From: Podarcis muralis
Taxonomy: Eukaryota
DNA length: 64,000 bases
NCBI RefSeq assembly: GCF_964188315.1
Contig: NC_135668.1
Location: 55,428,001-55,492,000, forward strand
Reading direction: 5' to 3'
Below are positions 1-11,544 of the stretch, piece by piece. The notes under the pieces are model-generated. The model was not told the DNA's origin. It saw nothing but the letters and a program-made list of their open reading frames with translations, and ran no database searches. A program made the position numbers and the translations under genes. Each line of letters opens with the position of its first letter. Within the stretch, counting starts at the first letter, position 1.

Positions 1-893
1 TCCCAACGTAGTTATCATGGAAGACCACAAAAGCCGTTTCCATGCCTAAACTGGGTCTAAACCCAGACTTTTGTAAGTGGGTGGCTCTGTGGTCTAAACC
101 ACTGACCACAGTCAAGCTAGCAAAAATCTACCACTTGCCCGATAATAAATGTTGGAAATGTAAAGAAACTGAAGGTACATTCTTTCACCTTTGGTGGACG
201 TGCCCAAGGATTAAGGCTTTCTGGGAGACGATATATAATGAATTGAAAAAGGTATTTAAATATACCTTCTTGAAGAAACCAGAGACCTTTTTCCTGGGCA
301 TAGTTGACCAATCGGTGTTAAAGAAGGATAGAACTTTCTTTATGTACGCTACAACAGCAGCAAGAATACTTATTGCAAAGTACTGGAAGACACAAGATTT
401 ACCCACTCTGGAAGAATGGCAGATGAAGGTGATGGACTACATGGAGTTGGCGGAAATGACTGGTAGAATCCGAGACCAGGGAGAAGAGTCAGTGGAAGAA
501 GACTGGAAGAAATTTAAAGACTATTTACAGAGATACTGTAAAATTAATGAATGTTAGAATGATGTAGGATTGAAATTAAGCGGTTTCTAGCTAATGGTAT
601 AAAAGAATATGAAAAAATGGTTTTTTATAAGTAAAAATTTAATGTTATAATAATTTAAGATTTAAGATCTGGGTAGAATAAAGAGGGAAAGAAACTGCTG
701 AGCTAATAAATTGAACTGGAATACAAAAAAGGGAGGTATGAGGAGGTCCAGGAAACAAGTAAATGAAAAATAATGTGATGAAAGGATTGATTGTTTTTAA
801 CTATTTTCATTTTGTATTTGTTTCTTTTTTCTTTTTCTGTTTTGTAATGTAAAAACCTTAATAAAAATTTTATAAATAAAAAATAAAAAATAA
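1..893 (+). mobile_element. L1-clade LINE 3' end (ORF2 C-terminus, 3' UTR, A-rich tail)
   Basis: ORF 42-557 has the CCHC-type motif KCWKCKETEGTFFHLWWTCP typical of the L1/Tx1 ORF2 C-terminus; it is followed by an AT-rich UTR and an aataaaaaa tail at about 860-893. Confidence 0.85.
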
Positions 894-1359
894 ACCACTG
901 AGCTTCATGGGCTTGCTGATCAGACAGTCAGTGGTTTGAATCCCCATGATGGGGTGAGCTCATGATTTACTTTGGAACTTTAAAACCCAGTGGTACGCAG
1001 GAGAACACTTACAAACTGGCTATGTGGAAAATATTTACAGAGCCTAGGACTTGCCAATCAGAAGGTTGGCAGTTCGAATCCCCATGATGGGGTGAGCTCC
1101 CATTGCTCGGTCCCTACTCCTGCCAACCTAGCAGTTCGAAAGCATGTCAAAGTGCAAGTAGATAAATAGGTACCACTCCTGCGGGAAGGTAAACAGCATT
1201 GCCGTGCGCTGCTCTGGTTCGCCAGAAGCGGCTTAGTCATGCTGGCCACATGACCTGGAAGCGGTACGCCGGTTCCCTTGGCCAATAAAGCGAGATGAGT
1301 GCCGAAACCCAAGAGTCGGCCACGACTGGACCTAATGGTCAGGGGTCCCTTTACCTTTA
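893..1359 (+). mobile_element. Sauria SINE (lacertid type) preceded by a partial duplicate of its 5' part
   Basis: Matches the full copy at 31459-31814, including the ggtccctttaccttta tail. The segment gaatccccatgatggggtgagct occurs twice (about 940 and 1078). Confidence 0.8.
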
Positions 1360-1395
1360 AGGTGCTACTAGATATTTATTTATTTATTTAAATAA

Positions 1396-1907
1396 ATATC
1401 AGAAATGTCATAAGGGTGATAGAATACCTGGAAATCAGAAATGAAAAGCAAGCGGCGTTGATGTTGAATGATGCTGTAAAAGCGTTTGATAATATTTCAT
1501 GGGAATTTATGAAAAAGGTCCTGGAAGTGATGAATTTTGGAGAAAAAATTAGGAAAGGTATAGAAACAATTCATTCAGAACAAAAAGCAAGATTAATTGT
1601 AAACAATGTCATAACAGAGATTTGTAAAATACTAAAAGGGACAAGGCAAGGTTGTCGACTGTCTCCACTATTATTTATTTTGGTCCTGGAGGTCCTGGCA
1701 AACAATATAAGGGCGGATGAAACCATTAGAGGAATAATGGTAGGAAATAAAGCATATAAACTAAAGGCCTATGCGGATGATCTGGTAATTACAATAGAAG
1801 ATCCAAAAAACTCCCTTCCCAAAGTCTTAGACAAGATACAAGAATTTAGACAGGTGGCAGGGTTCAAGCTGAATAAAAATAAAAATAAACTGATAATAAA
1901 AATATGA
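1396..1907 (+). mobile_element. L1-clade reverse transcriptase fragment
   Basis: KAFDNISW, GTRQGCRLSPLLF and YADD RT motifs; same family as the L1 at 48790-50341. Confidence 0.85.
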
Positions 1908-2693
1908 CAGAGAAAGATGAAAAGGAAATACGGCAAAATATTGAAAAATTGTCCACTGGCACCTTAGAGACCAATTAAGTTTGTTCTGGGTATAAGCTTT
2001 CGTGTGCAAATATTAATCATTTCTCTATTTTGTAAGGAAATGTAACATCCTGTATTGCACCTGCAACTGAAGTCTGCAGTATTTTAACTGTTTCCTCCCT
2101 CCCCTTAACTAGTATACAAGAATACACCAGTTGTTGTTGTTGCTGCTGCTCTTATTGTTACACCCTGGAGGTCCAACATCCTAAAAATCATGTCTCCATT
2201 GGTGACACACGTACACTTGAGGAAAATGGGGCATGTGGGATTGAGGAAGAGATTTGGAAAAACTAGGGAGCTCCCATCAGATTACTGGTTAGCAGGTGGG
2301 CTGCTTGCTTTCCTGTGACTCGCCATTCCCAGTGCACCACTCAACAATAAATATGTATGATTATTTTGCTGTTGTTTTTTTTGTCTCACGGAGCACAATG
2401 CTCTACAGAGATAAGTGTGGAACCAGTAATTATGTCAAACTGCTGAGTTTCATCATCCATCTTGCCAAATCCCATGTCAGGCCATGAACACAGTCAGTAT
2501 CAGAGTGTAAAAGCATAGATAAAATAAACCTTGTGTCATTCAGAGCTCCAGTGAGAAATTCTGAACACACAGGATCTCATGGGTCAAATCTTTGGCACAT
2601 CCCCTTTATCAAAATAATCCAGTGCCATTAAACCTAATGCAATTCATGGTGGATGAGAGAGAAATCTGCTGTTCTGCATAACTGTTGGTCAAG

Positions 2694-3513
2694 ATGGCAG
2701 GAACATTTCTGCTGCTGCTCCTTCTCTTCCTGTGGCTCCAGATGCCTCCAACTGAGTGCAAGGAGGACTCTGAAAGATGCGCCATGACGGATCCATTCCA
2801 GCTTCCATTCCAGTATTATCAGAGAGGAGACCTAACCATTGGAGGAATTGTTAATAATTATGGCTATTTATCTGAAGAAATAGATTTCCAGGACCATCCA
2901 AACATGAAGTTTACAGATGAACTTTTGTAAGGAACTCACTCTCTCCTTCATAGTGTACACTTCTATATGCCACTATAGGCTACAACTACACAATTTACCT
3001 TTTTTTCACACCATACAAACCATGGCATGCTCAGTCTTCTTGACTTTTTTTCCATGTATGAAGGTTAAAATTACATTTTCTTCTCTTTATATTGTGATCA
3101 TGGCATTTTCTACTGTGCTGTTTTATTCCTCATTTGGAGGTTTCTATCTTCTGCCTCTTCTGCTTTCTCCTCACCTGATCTCATGTTTCTCACCTAATCT
3201 CATGCTTTATCCTCATCCTCCCTCTTTCTGTCCTTCCACACCATGCAGGGATGGTTGAGCTTTGCAACAAAGCTTCATCCCCACATTCACAATCAGCATC
3301 ATTTATTCTGACAGTCACAGATGCTGTAAATCAGGAATATAATAGATTCTGGATTATATTTCCAGCTGCACCATTTAAATAATATTGGGTATAATTAACT
3401 GAAGTGTTGCAAACTTTTTTCCTCAATACAAAGTACCTAACTGAGGTTTGTGCAGTGTAGATCAATTGAAACTAATGTCTCTATGTTTGTCTGATCTATT
3501 AATCATATGAAAA

Positions 3514-3554
<41 letters not shown>

Positions 3555-4025
3555 GCAGGATTTGAATTCCTAAAGGTGACCGAATATTGAGCATGAATTT
3601 CCATTATTAGGTGTTAGGAAGCACAATGCATATTAGGTTTCTGCTTATTTGTGTTATTTAATCTTTTGGAATTTGCTGGAAAAAAGCCAGAAAAGATGAA
3701 TACTTCTGACACATTTCCAACTCTTTTTTTAGTTCAACACTGAAGTACTACCAAAATACTCTCTCCCTGGTGTTTGCTGTGAAAGAAATAAATGAGAACC
3801 CCAACATCGTACCGAATATGAGCTTTGGGTTCCACCTCTATGATAGCTTCGTGAATACAAGGATGACTTTTCAGAACACCCTGAAGCTTCTGTCCATCAC
3901 AGAAAGGATTTTCCCCAACTTCAAATGTGACAAGAAAAGAAATATGATAGCTGTTATTGGAGCACTTGAGTCTGACATCTCCCTTCACATGACTCTGATC
4001 TTAGGCATCTATAAGATTTCACAGG

Positions 4026-4071
<46 letters not shown>

Positions 4072-7000
4072 TGCAAGGAATGTACTCTGATAAGAAGCCT
4101 CAGCTTAAAGCAAGGGCTGTAAGATCTAGGGGAAAGTGAGTTGTTAGTAAGACTAAGGACTCAGCTAGATTGGTAAAGGAAAAGCGTTCTACACTGGTAC
4201 CTCAGGTTACATACGCTTCATGTTACACACTCCGCTAACCCAGAAATATTACATTGGGTTGAGAACTATGCTTCAGGGTGAGAACAGAAATCGTGCTCCG
4301 GCCGTGCAGTGGCAGCAGGAGGCCCCATTAGCTAAAGTGGTGCTTCAGGTTAAGAACAGTTTCAGGTTAAGAACAGACCTCTGGAAAGAATTAAGTACTT
4401 AACCTGAGGTACCACTGTATACCCATTGTATATGCAGTATAAAACTGACACACCAGATGGTGCTGTGGAGTCCCGTCTTTCCCTACTGGATTTCCCTGTA
4501 TGAGTTTACAATGCGTTTAACTGAATCGCTTCTTTGATGTGTCTAGATCCAGCCTAGATCCAGTCAGTTGGGGGCAGCATGCTTGCCTGTGACACTCACA
4601 ATTACCAGGGCACAGTTCAATAACAAATATGTATTATTATTTTGCTCTTACTGTGAAGAAATCTCTTTCTCAATCACACATCTTATAACACTTCTAAAAC
4701 AAGGAACTTGTCCTTACATTCATTCAAATTCCTCTGCTATACAAAACAAAAGAATATATTTTTACCTTCAAAAAAACCCCATGGGTTCCACTTCAGGCAG
4801 TTATGTGGGATGAATCCTAAGCCTTTGCTATAACTCTCCGATTATTGTGAGATTGATTTCTTCCTTAGATTGCTTATTGTGTATTAGCTCCAGTGAGGAG
4901 GACTGAGTTGCAGCTCCAAACCTTCTTCCGGATGGTGCCCAATGAGAAATATCAATATGCAGGGATTGTCAAGCTACTTCTTCATTTCCAATGGACGTGG
5001 GTCGGACTTGTTTCTTCGGATGATGAAAATGGAGAGAAGTTTATGCAAATCTTAGAGCCAATGCTTTCCCATCATGGAGTCTGCACAGCCTTCAACGAAA
5101 AAGTACAATCCTTATCTCAAGGGATGGATCATTTCAGTTCATTGCAACTCATTCGCGCTAAGTTCTCTTCCCTGATGGTCTCAGAAGTCAATATATTGGT
5201 TCTATGTGCAGAACCTCAGACCATTACAGTTGTGAAGTGGTTGCAATATTTCTATTCATTAGATGAAGATATTGCAGAGAATTCTGCAGGTAAAGTGTGG
5301 ATTTTGACAGCTCAATGGGCCTTCTCATCAGAAGCAATGCAAAGGCATTTTGATATTCAAGTCTTTCATGGTGCCCTGTCTTTTGCAATTCACACAGAAA
5401 AAGTCCAGGGATTTACAGAATTCCTTCAGTCCCTAAACCCCAACTCTCCAAATGGAGATGGGTTCATCCAGACTTTTTGGCAACAGGCATTCAATTGTTT
5501 ATTTTCTGTTTCCAATGACCTCAGTGAAAGCAGAGACACATGCACTGGCAAAGAGAGTCTGGAGAGCCTTCCTGGGCATATTTTTGAAATGACCATGACT
5601 GGTCAAAGTTACAGTACCTATAATGCGGTTTATGCCATTGCATATACTTTGCACAAGGTTCTCTCATCCAGACCAAAACACAGAAGGATGGCAGGCAGAG
5701 GTGGACTCCATCCTTCAAACCTGCAACCTTGGCAGGTAAGATTTCATATTCAGAATAAATCTTTGCTTGGGGCTAATCTGATGGGTGATGACACACAGTC
5801 CATAGACTGAATACACATGGAAGAAAAACACCTCTCACAGCATTTTCCTTTACCACACATAACAAATGTTCTTTTTGGTGCTTCCCTGTTTTCCCTTGCC
5901 TTCAAGTTGGAGCCAGAATCAATATATTCCCTGTACTTCCCCTTCAAGTTGCAGAAGTGGAAGTATCTCCTCCTGCACTTCCTCAAAAAGAAATGTCACC
6001 TCCTTGTGGAACTCAACAATGTTCGGCTGTCCTATGTGTTTGTGATGCTGATATGTCAGAAGTGGTGAAGAAGGAGGCATGTTAAACTGGAACTCATGAT
6101 GTGTTAAAGATTGTATGTTTTTACCCTTGAGGAACCACCCCAGTACTTCTCTTGGGCAACAGCCCACCCTTTGCCATTGCACAAACAAATGATGTTTGTC
6201 TCTCAGCACCTATTATAAAATTTACCATTACCGACTCTCTATTTCCCCCCCTTCCCCCCGCCCTCCCAGAAGATCTTCCTTCCTTACCAGGCTCTCAGCA
6301 GGTCGAGGGAGGGCCCTGGGTGTGCAGCCCTCTCTCTTGGTTGCTGGGCTCTGGGAAGGAGGCAGTGCACTCCATGCCAGCCTCAGGGAAGGAGACACAA
6401 GGCCAAAGGGTGCCTCCAACGGGCCAGGAAAGAAGGGGCTCCCTTGCTTCCCAGGCTGTGGGGAGGTCATGACGGGGCTCTGGGAGCATCCCTGGGTCCT
6501 TCTTCAACCTAGAGTGCAGCTCCAGGGGTTGCTGACTTTGCATGATTTTGTCTTTGCACATGGACCCCCAGAAAGGAAGCCACACATAAGTGGCAGGTCA
6601 ACTGTACTTCCTGGAAATCCATATGTTCTCCAAAGGTGGACCACACCATTTTTGGCTTCTTCCCATTGTGTGACATATATTGATTGACACTTTTTCCTTT
6701 CTAAAGCTAATAAAGGCTCTCCCTTATTTACTTATTGAACTTTTCCTTGTTTTATTCTGTCCAGCTTCCCTCTTTCCTGAGGAGCATCTCCTTCAACAAC
6801 AGTGCTGGGGACTTTGTGTCTTTTGATGAGAATGGGGAATTGGCAGCTGGATTTGACATTATTAACTGGGTTACTTTCCCCAACCAAACCTTCTCGCGAG
6901 TGAAAGTAGGAAAGGTAGAACCACAGGAATCGCACTATGTGGACTTCAGCATGGATGAAGAAGCCATCACCTGGCACAAAGCATTCAGTCAAGTGGGAGC

Positions 7001-9831
7001 ATATCTTTAATATTAAGAATACAAATACAAGAAATATTCAATTTTCCTTCTCCTTGACTCCCAAAATTTACATTACAATTTATTCACGCATACACCAGTT
7101 TTCTGGAATAACATAAATCTGCCAAAAGCTTGTCCTACATGAAACAGCTTTATTCTGCACTGCATCATAATCACTAAGTAGGGAGGGTATCTTTTGTCAT
7201 GGAAACTTACCCTATAAGAAGAAAAGCAATAAAAAGAATTATTTAGTCTAACGGAGGGACGGACTTTTTTTTTAAAATTGGGAAAATAGAGGCATCAGTG
7301 AAACATGGAATGTTGGTTCTGGTTGTCAGGGAGGAAACCAAATCATAGCTGTCAACTTTTCCCTTTTCTTCTGAGGAATCCCATTCGGAATAAGGGAATT
7401 TCCCTTAAAAAAGGGGAAACATCAGCAGCTATGAACCAAATGTTAATGCTTCCCGACTGAAGAAAGGTGTCATCTAAAGGGGGGCCTTGTGAGACCACTA
7501 GGTCCAAGGTCTAAAATTATCAAGAGGCTGTCCTGAGTTATATCTTAGACCCAGCATTTAGGCAACTGCCGTTGCATTTGTGCTAACAGAGCAAGCGATG
7601 TCAGCATTTCACTCTCCCACTGCTGGATGTGTGATTGTTATATCACATGTCTGTATTTACTTTCCAGCCTTGGAAAGTATCAGAACGGAAGTCAGTCTTT
7701 TCTCTTCTGCTCTGCTGATTGAGTGTGCACATATCTTCTGATATGAGTCGCTGGTGTGCGCCAGGACTGAAGATTTATGGACGTCCCGGGCTGCATTTCA
7801 TCAGGAAGACAACTCGATCTGGGGGCTGCCTGTGCTCCCCCCCCCAGGCATGTTCCGCCAATGCTCTTGTCTCTTTGGTTCAAACTGTGCTGTCTACAAT
7901 GCAAAAGGGAGCTTCCTCTTCTCTTTTTCTGGCTAGGTGATGCCCCTTGGTTTGTGTAATGATCGGTGCCAGCCAGGCTACAGCCGGAAAAAGAAGGAGG
8001 GGCTGCCGTTTTGTTGCTATGACTGTGCTTCATGTCCAGATGGGATGATTTCAAATCAAACGGGTAGGAGACATCATCTGCCAGTGTGGTGTAGTGGTTA
8101 AGAGTGGTTAAGAGGGATGGACTCATAATCTGGTGAACTGGGTTCGCGTCTCCGCTCCTCCACATGCAGCTGCTGGGTGACCTTGGGCCAGATGGGATGA
8201 TTTCAAATCAAACAGGTAGGGGACATCAGCTGCTCTTTTATAAATAGCTTCCTCATCTATTTCAACAGTTTCCCTCTGTTAATAGTTCAGTGCTCCTAAA
8301 CAGAACAGCAGTTCACCCAGATCTGGAAGAAAGAAGACAGACACAGAGAGTTGGGCAAACTAAAACCACAACTTTACCCTTTCCAAAGTAGATCTGTCGA
8401 AATAGGTGTGGATCATGTCTAGTGTTCTCTGCCTGCTCCTCACTGCCACAGCTGGTGGAGTCAGGGAAGACTTGCCTAACCCTCCATCTCCTTATTTTTA
8501 GGGCTGAGAGCCAGAAACACAAAATCAAATGTTGCTGCTCCAAGATGTCATATTGATATCATATGATATCAAATATCATAGTGGGCTTCTCACTTTTCAG
8601 TAGAGATGACCGTTTGCTCTTTCAATGGCACCATATTAACAGTCGTCAATACTTTGCTTCCAAAATTTCTGGTGATGTGATTGATAGCACCTATATGGTT
8701 TATAAAGAAAAAATACCCGTTGCATTTTACTGGTTTCTACGTATCTCTGATACTTGTTTCCAACTAATTGATGGCTCAGAATTGTGTTTTGGGAGAAGAA
8801 GCAATATTTCTTTCAGAGGAGATTTGAAAGGCCATTGGAGATGGAGGAATCCATTTCATTACAAAGAAACATGCCAGAAGAAAAAGGTTGCCTTGTTTGA
8901 TGGAACTCATATATCATTCATTTTTTTAGATTCGGATTATTGTTTCAAATGCCAAGAAGGTCAATTTCCAAACAAGAACAGAGATCAATGCATTCACAAG
9001 AGACAAAATTTTCTTTCCTACACAGAGCCTTTGGGATTCACATTAGCTGCCTTAGCTCTGCTCTTTGCTCTGGTCACAGCCTTGGTCTTTGGCGTCTTCT
9101 CTAAGAACGGGGACACTCCCATTGTCAAAGCCAACAACCGGGACCTCACCTACACTCTGCTCCTTGCCCTCTTGCTCTGCTTCCTCTGCTCCTTGCTCTT
9201 CATTGGCCTGCCTCACCCAGTGAGCTGCTCTTTACGACAAGCGGCCTTTGGCATCATCTTCTCCATTGCGGTGTCTTGTGTCTTGGCCAAAACCATCACG
9301 GTGGTTCTGGCCTTCATGGCTACCAAACCAGGATCCAGGATGAGGAAATGGGTGGGGAAATCTCTGGCCAACTCTGTTCTTCTGGGTTGCTGCTCACTTC
9401 AGGCCAGTATTTGTGCTGTTTGGCTCTGTACTGCTCCTCCCTTCCCAGATGTGGACATGAACTCTCTGGCGGAGGAAATCATCCTGGAATGCAACGAAGG
9501 CTCTGCCCCCATGTTTTATTGTGTCCTGGGGTACCTGGGATTCCTGGCCAGTGTCAGCTTCACCATGGCTTTCCTGGCCAGGAAGTTGCCCGACAGTTTC
9601 AACGAAGCCAAGTTCATCACATTCAGCATGTTGGTGTTCTGCAGCGTTTGGCTGTCCTTTGTTCCCTCTTATCTGAGCACCAAAGGAAAGCAGATGGTGG
9701 CTGTGGAGATCTTCTGCATCTTGGCCTCCAGTGCAGGCTTGCTCGCTTGCATCTTCTTCCCCAAATTGTACATAATCCTTCTGAGGCCCGACTTGAACAG
9801 CAAAGACCACTTGATTCTGAGGAGCAAATAG
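2694..9831 (+). CDS. V2R: Vomeronasal type-2 receptor paralog 1, apparently intact, 882 aa
   Basis: join(2694..2926,3733..4024,4869..5735,6765..6992,7937..8063,8930..9831) = 2649 nt. All introns GT-AG with consistent phases 2,0,0,0,1. Signal peptide, VFT domain, Cys-rich domain (CCYDC) and 7TM with [16 protein letters not shown]. Confidence 0.93.
3516..3552. repeat. (GT)n microsatellite
   Basis: Direct reading, V2R-1 intron 1. Confidence 0.95.
4192..4417. mobile_element. Tc1/mariner-type MITE
   Basis: Termini CACTGGTACCTCAGG...CCTGAGGTACCACTG flanked by TA on both sides; same family as 21770-22012 in the opposite orientation. Confidence 0.85.
7344..7433. mobile_element. 90-bp hAT-type MITE
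   Basis: Inverted termini CATAGCTG...CAGCTATG with an exact 8-bp TSD AACCAAAT (7336-7343 and 7434-7441). Confidence 0.85.
8080..8190 (+). mobile_element. 5' half of a tRNA-headed SINE, flanked by a 46-bp duplication
   Basis: gccagtgtggtgtagtggttaagag...ggttcgcgtc (A/B-box-like) matches the head of the full copy at 36485-36744 (minus strand). Confidence 0.8.
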
Positions 9832-9892
9832 GAGTCAACTTGTGTTGATGTCTTTAATCATTGCATTATTAGAAAATGCAGACATTTATTGG

Positions 9893-9898
9893 AATAAA
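9893..9898 (+). terminator. Candidate polyadenylation signal of V2R-1
   Basis: AATAAA about 60 nt after the stop; present at the equivalent place in V2R-2 (25007-25012) and in the inverted paralog. Confidence 0.5.
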
Positions 9899-10444
9899 AC
9901 TGACCAGGTAAATCCCTTGTGTGTCCCAATTCTTTTCTTTTTCATACTCAGTGTTTTCACCCCTCTCTTGTCATTGTCGATTTATATATAGCATTTTTCA
10001 CAATCTGTGCCCAAAGTGTTTTACACAAAAATCTAAGTCTAAACACAGTGATAAATAATAACATACGGATAATTTGCTGGATCTGGCCCATGACTCATTT
10101 AGTCCAGCATCCTGTTCTCACAGGGGCAATCAGATTATCATTAATATTATTTTTTCAATTTGTATACCATACATCAGTTGTTATGGTTATGGTTATCGTT
10201 ATGGTTATGGTTACTGTTCCCCATCCCTTTGATTGGCTTGTCCCAGGCACTCTTGGTGGCTTCCAACATATATAAAAATATAATAAAACATTACACAGTA
10301 GAAGGCTTCTCGATACTGGGCTACCTTCAGATGTCTTCTAAGGATATATAGATATTCTTCTCCTTGACATCTTACAGGAGGGCATTTCACAGGGAAGTGC
10401 CACTACTGAGAAGGCCCTCTGCCTGGTTCCCTTTAATCTCACTT

Positions 10445-11105
10445 GCGTGGCGAGTTCCCACCTCCCACCAGAAGAAATAAAGACACAAGACACCATACTT
10501 AAGGTTAATGAGCGTAATTGGCCACAACAAGGAAATGAGCTGTATTGGCCTAGGCATTGGTCCTAATCAACTATCCGGCTTCAGGCTGTATGCCTGAGAG
10601 GCTGGGAAGGGTTAACACCAGCAGGTGTTACTTAGACCAACAAACAGACCTTAGTCTTTATGAATTTGACCCAGGATGTTGAAGGTTATGGGTCTCCTAC
10701 CATCTGTGCTGGGAGGCTGGAGCCTGCGCCAGCCCTCCAGTGCCTTCCGGACTAGATAGTCGGCACAAGGATCCACCGAGTAAAGGGCCTTACAAAAGAA
10801 AGAAATCACTGAAGACTGAATGTTAAGGGTCTTAGGTGCCCGGCCCAATCCCTGCAAATGCACTAAATATTTCAGCAACTCTGTTTTTTTTTGGGGGGGG
10901 GGAGCCTTTGCCGCTCTTTGATCTGCCGCGCTTGCCTTAAGAGCGGTAAGCCATGCCCCCTGAGCCAGCCGATAGGCTAGCAAGGGGGTGACACGGCAGA
11001 GGATTCCCCTGTGCGTGCGGGGCTGAGAGCCAGCCTCCGCGCGGGAGATGGGGGCGGGAAGCCCGCAACCCCACCTCCTCCCTAGGGTCGGAAGTAGCTT
11101 TCTCA
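10445..11105 (-). mobile_element. DIRS/Ngaro-like tyrosine-recombinase retrotransposon fragment
   Basis: ORF 10651-11106 ends in LLKYLVHLQ...ISFFCK...DP..DYLVRKALEGWRR...DGRRPIT, resembling the N-terminal part of DIRS-group tyrosine recombinases (recognised from memory). Absent from the homologous flank of V2R-2 (about 26800-26870). Confidence 0.65.
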
Positions 11106-11544
11106 TAGCATCAGGGACTCACCAGAGGAGGAATGGTGGAGCCTGCCTCCCCATCCTGACCCCTCCAAGGAGGGGGGAGAGGGAGACAGTGTAGATTTAC
11201 AACAGGGGTTTGAGGGAAGTCACAGCTCAGAGGCAGATGAGGGAGAAAGCTGGGAAATAATGGGAGCGGATGAGGAGGAAGCAGCAGGGGGCGACAGCTG
11301 ATGGATACAGTGTCTTTAGAAAGTATTCCAGACCCACTTCTCTCCCAGAACCTGGCGAGTCTTGAAAGTAGGAGAGCAAAGAGCTTTAAAAGACAGAGGG
11401 CACCTGGTAGCACCTGTAGCAGTGAAAAATGAGAAAGTGGGAGAGACAGGGGTGGAGATTCACTCAGGACAACACCATTATCCAAGAGGCTGGGTTCTAT
11501 AGCCTCTCTCTGTAAATACTGAAAATGGTAAGAAACATTCCCTT

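Noticed and set aside
8080-8160. tRNA gene
   Set aside because: tRNA-like A/B boxes only; this is the head of a SINE whose full copy is at 36485-36744, and there is no complete cloverleaf.
9276-9848. Recurrent 190-aa alternate-frame ORF and antisense ORFs over V2R exon 6 (also at 24390, 39146, 44265, 62258)
   Set aside because: Shadow frames of a GC-rich, codon-biased TM exon. The recurrence just reflects near-identical paralogs, and the frame is broken in V2R-3.
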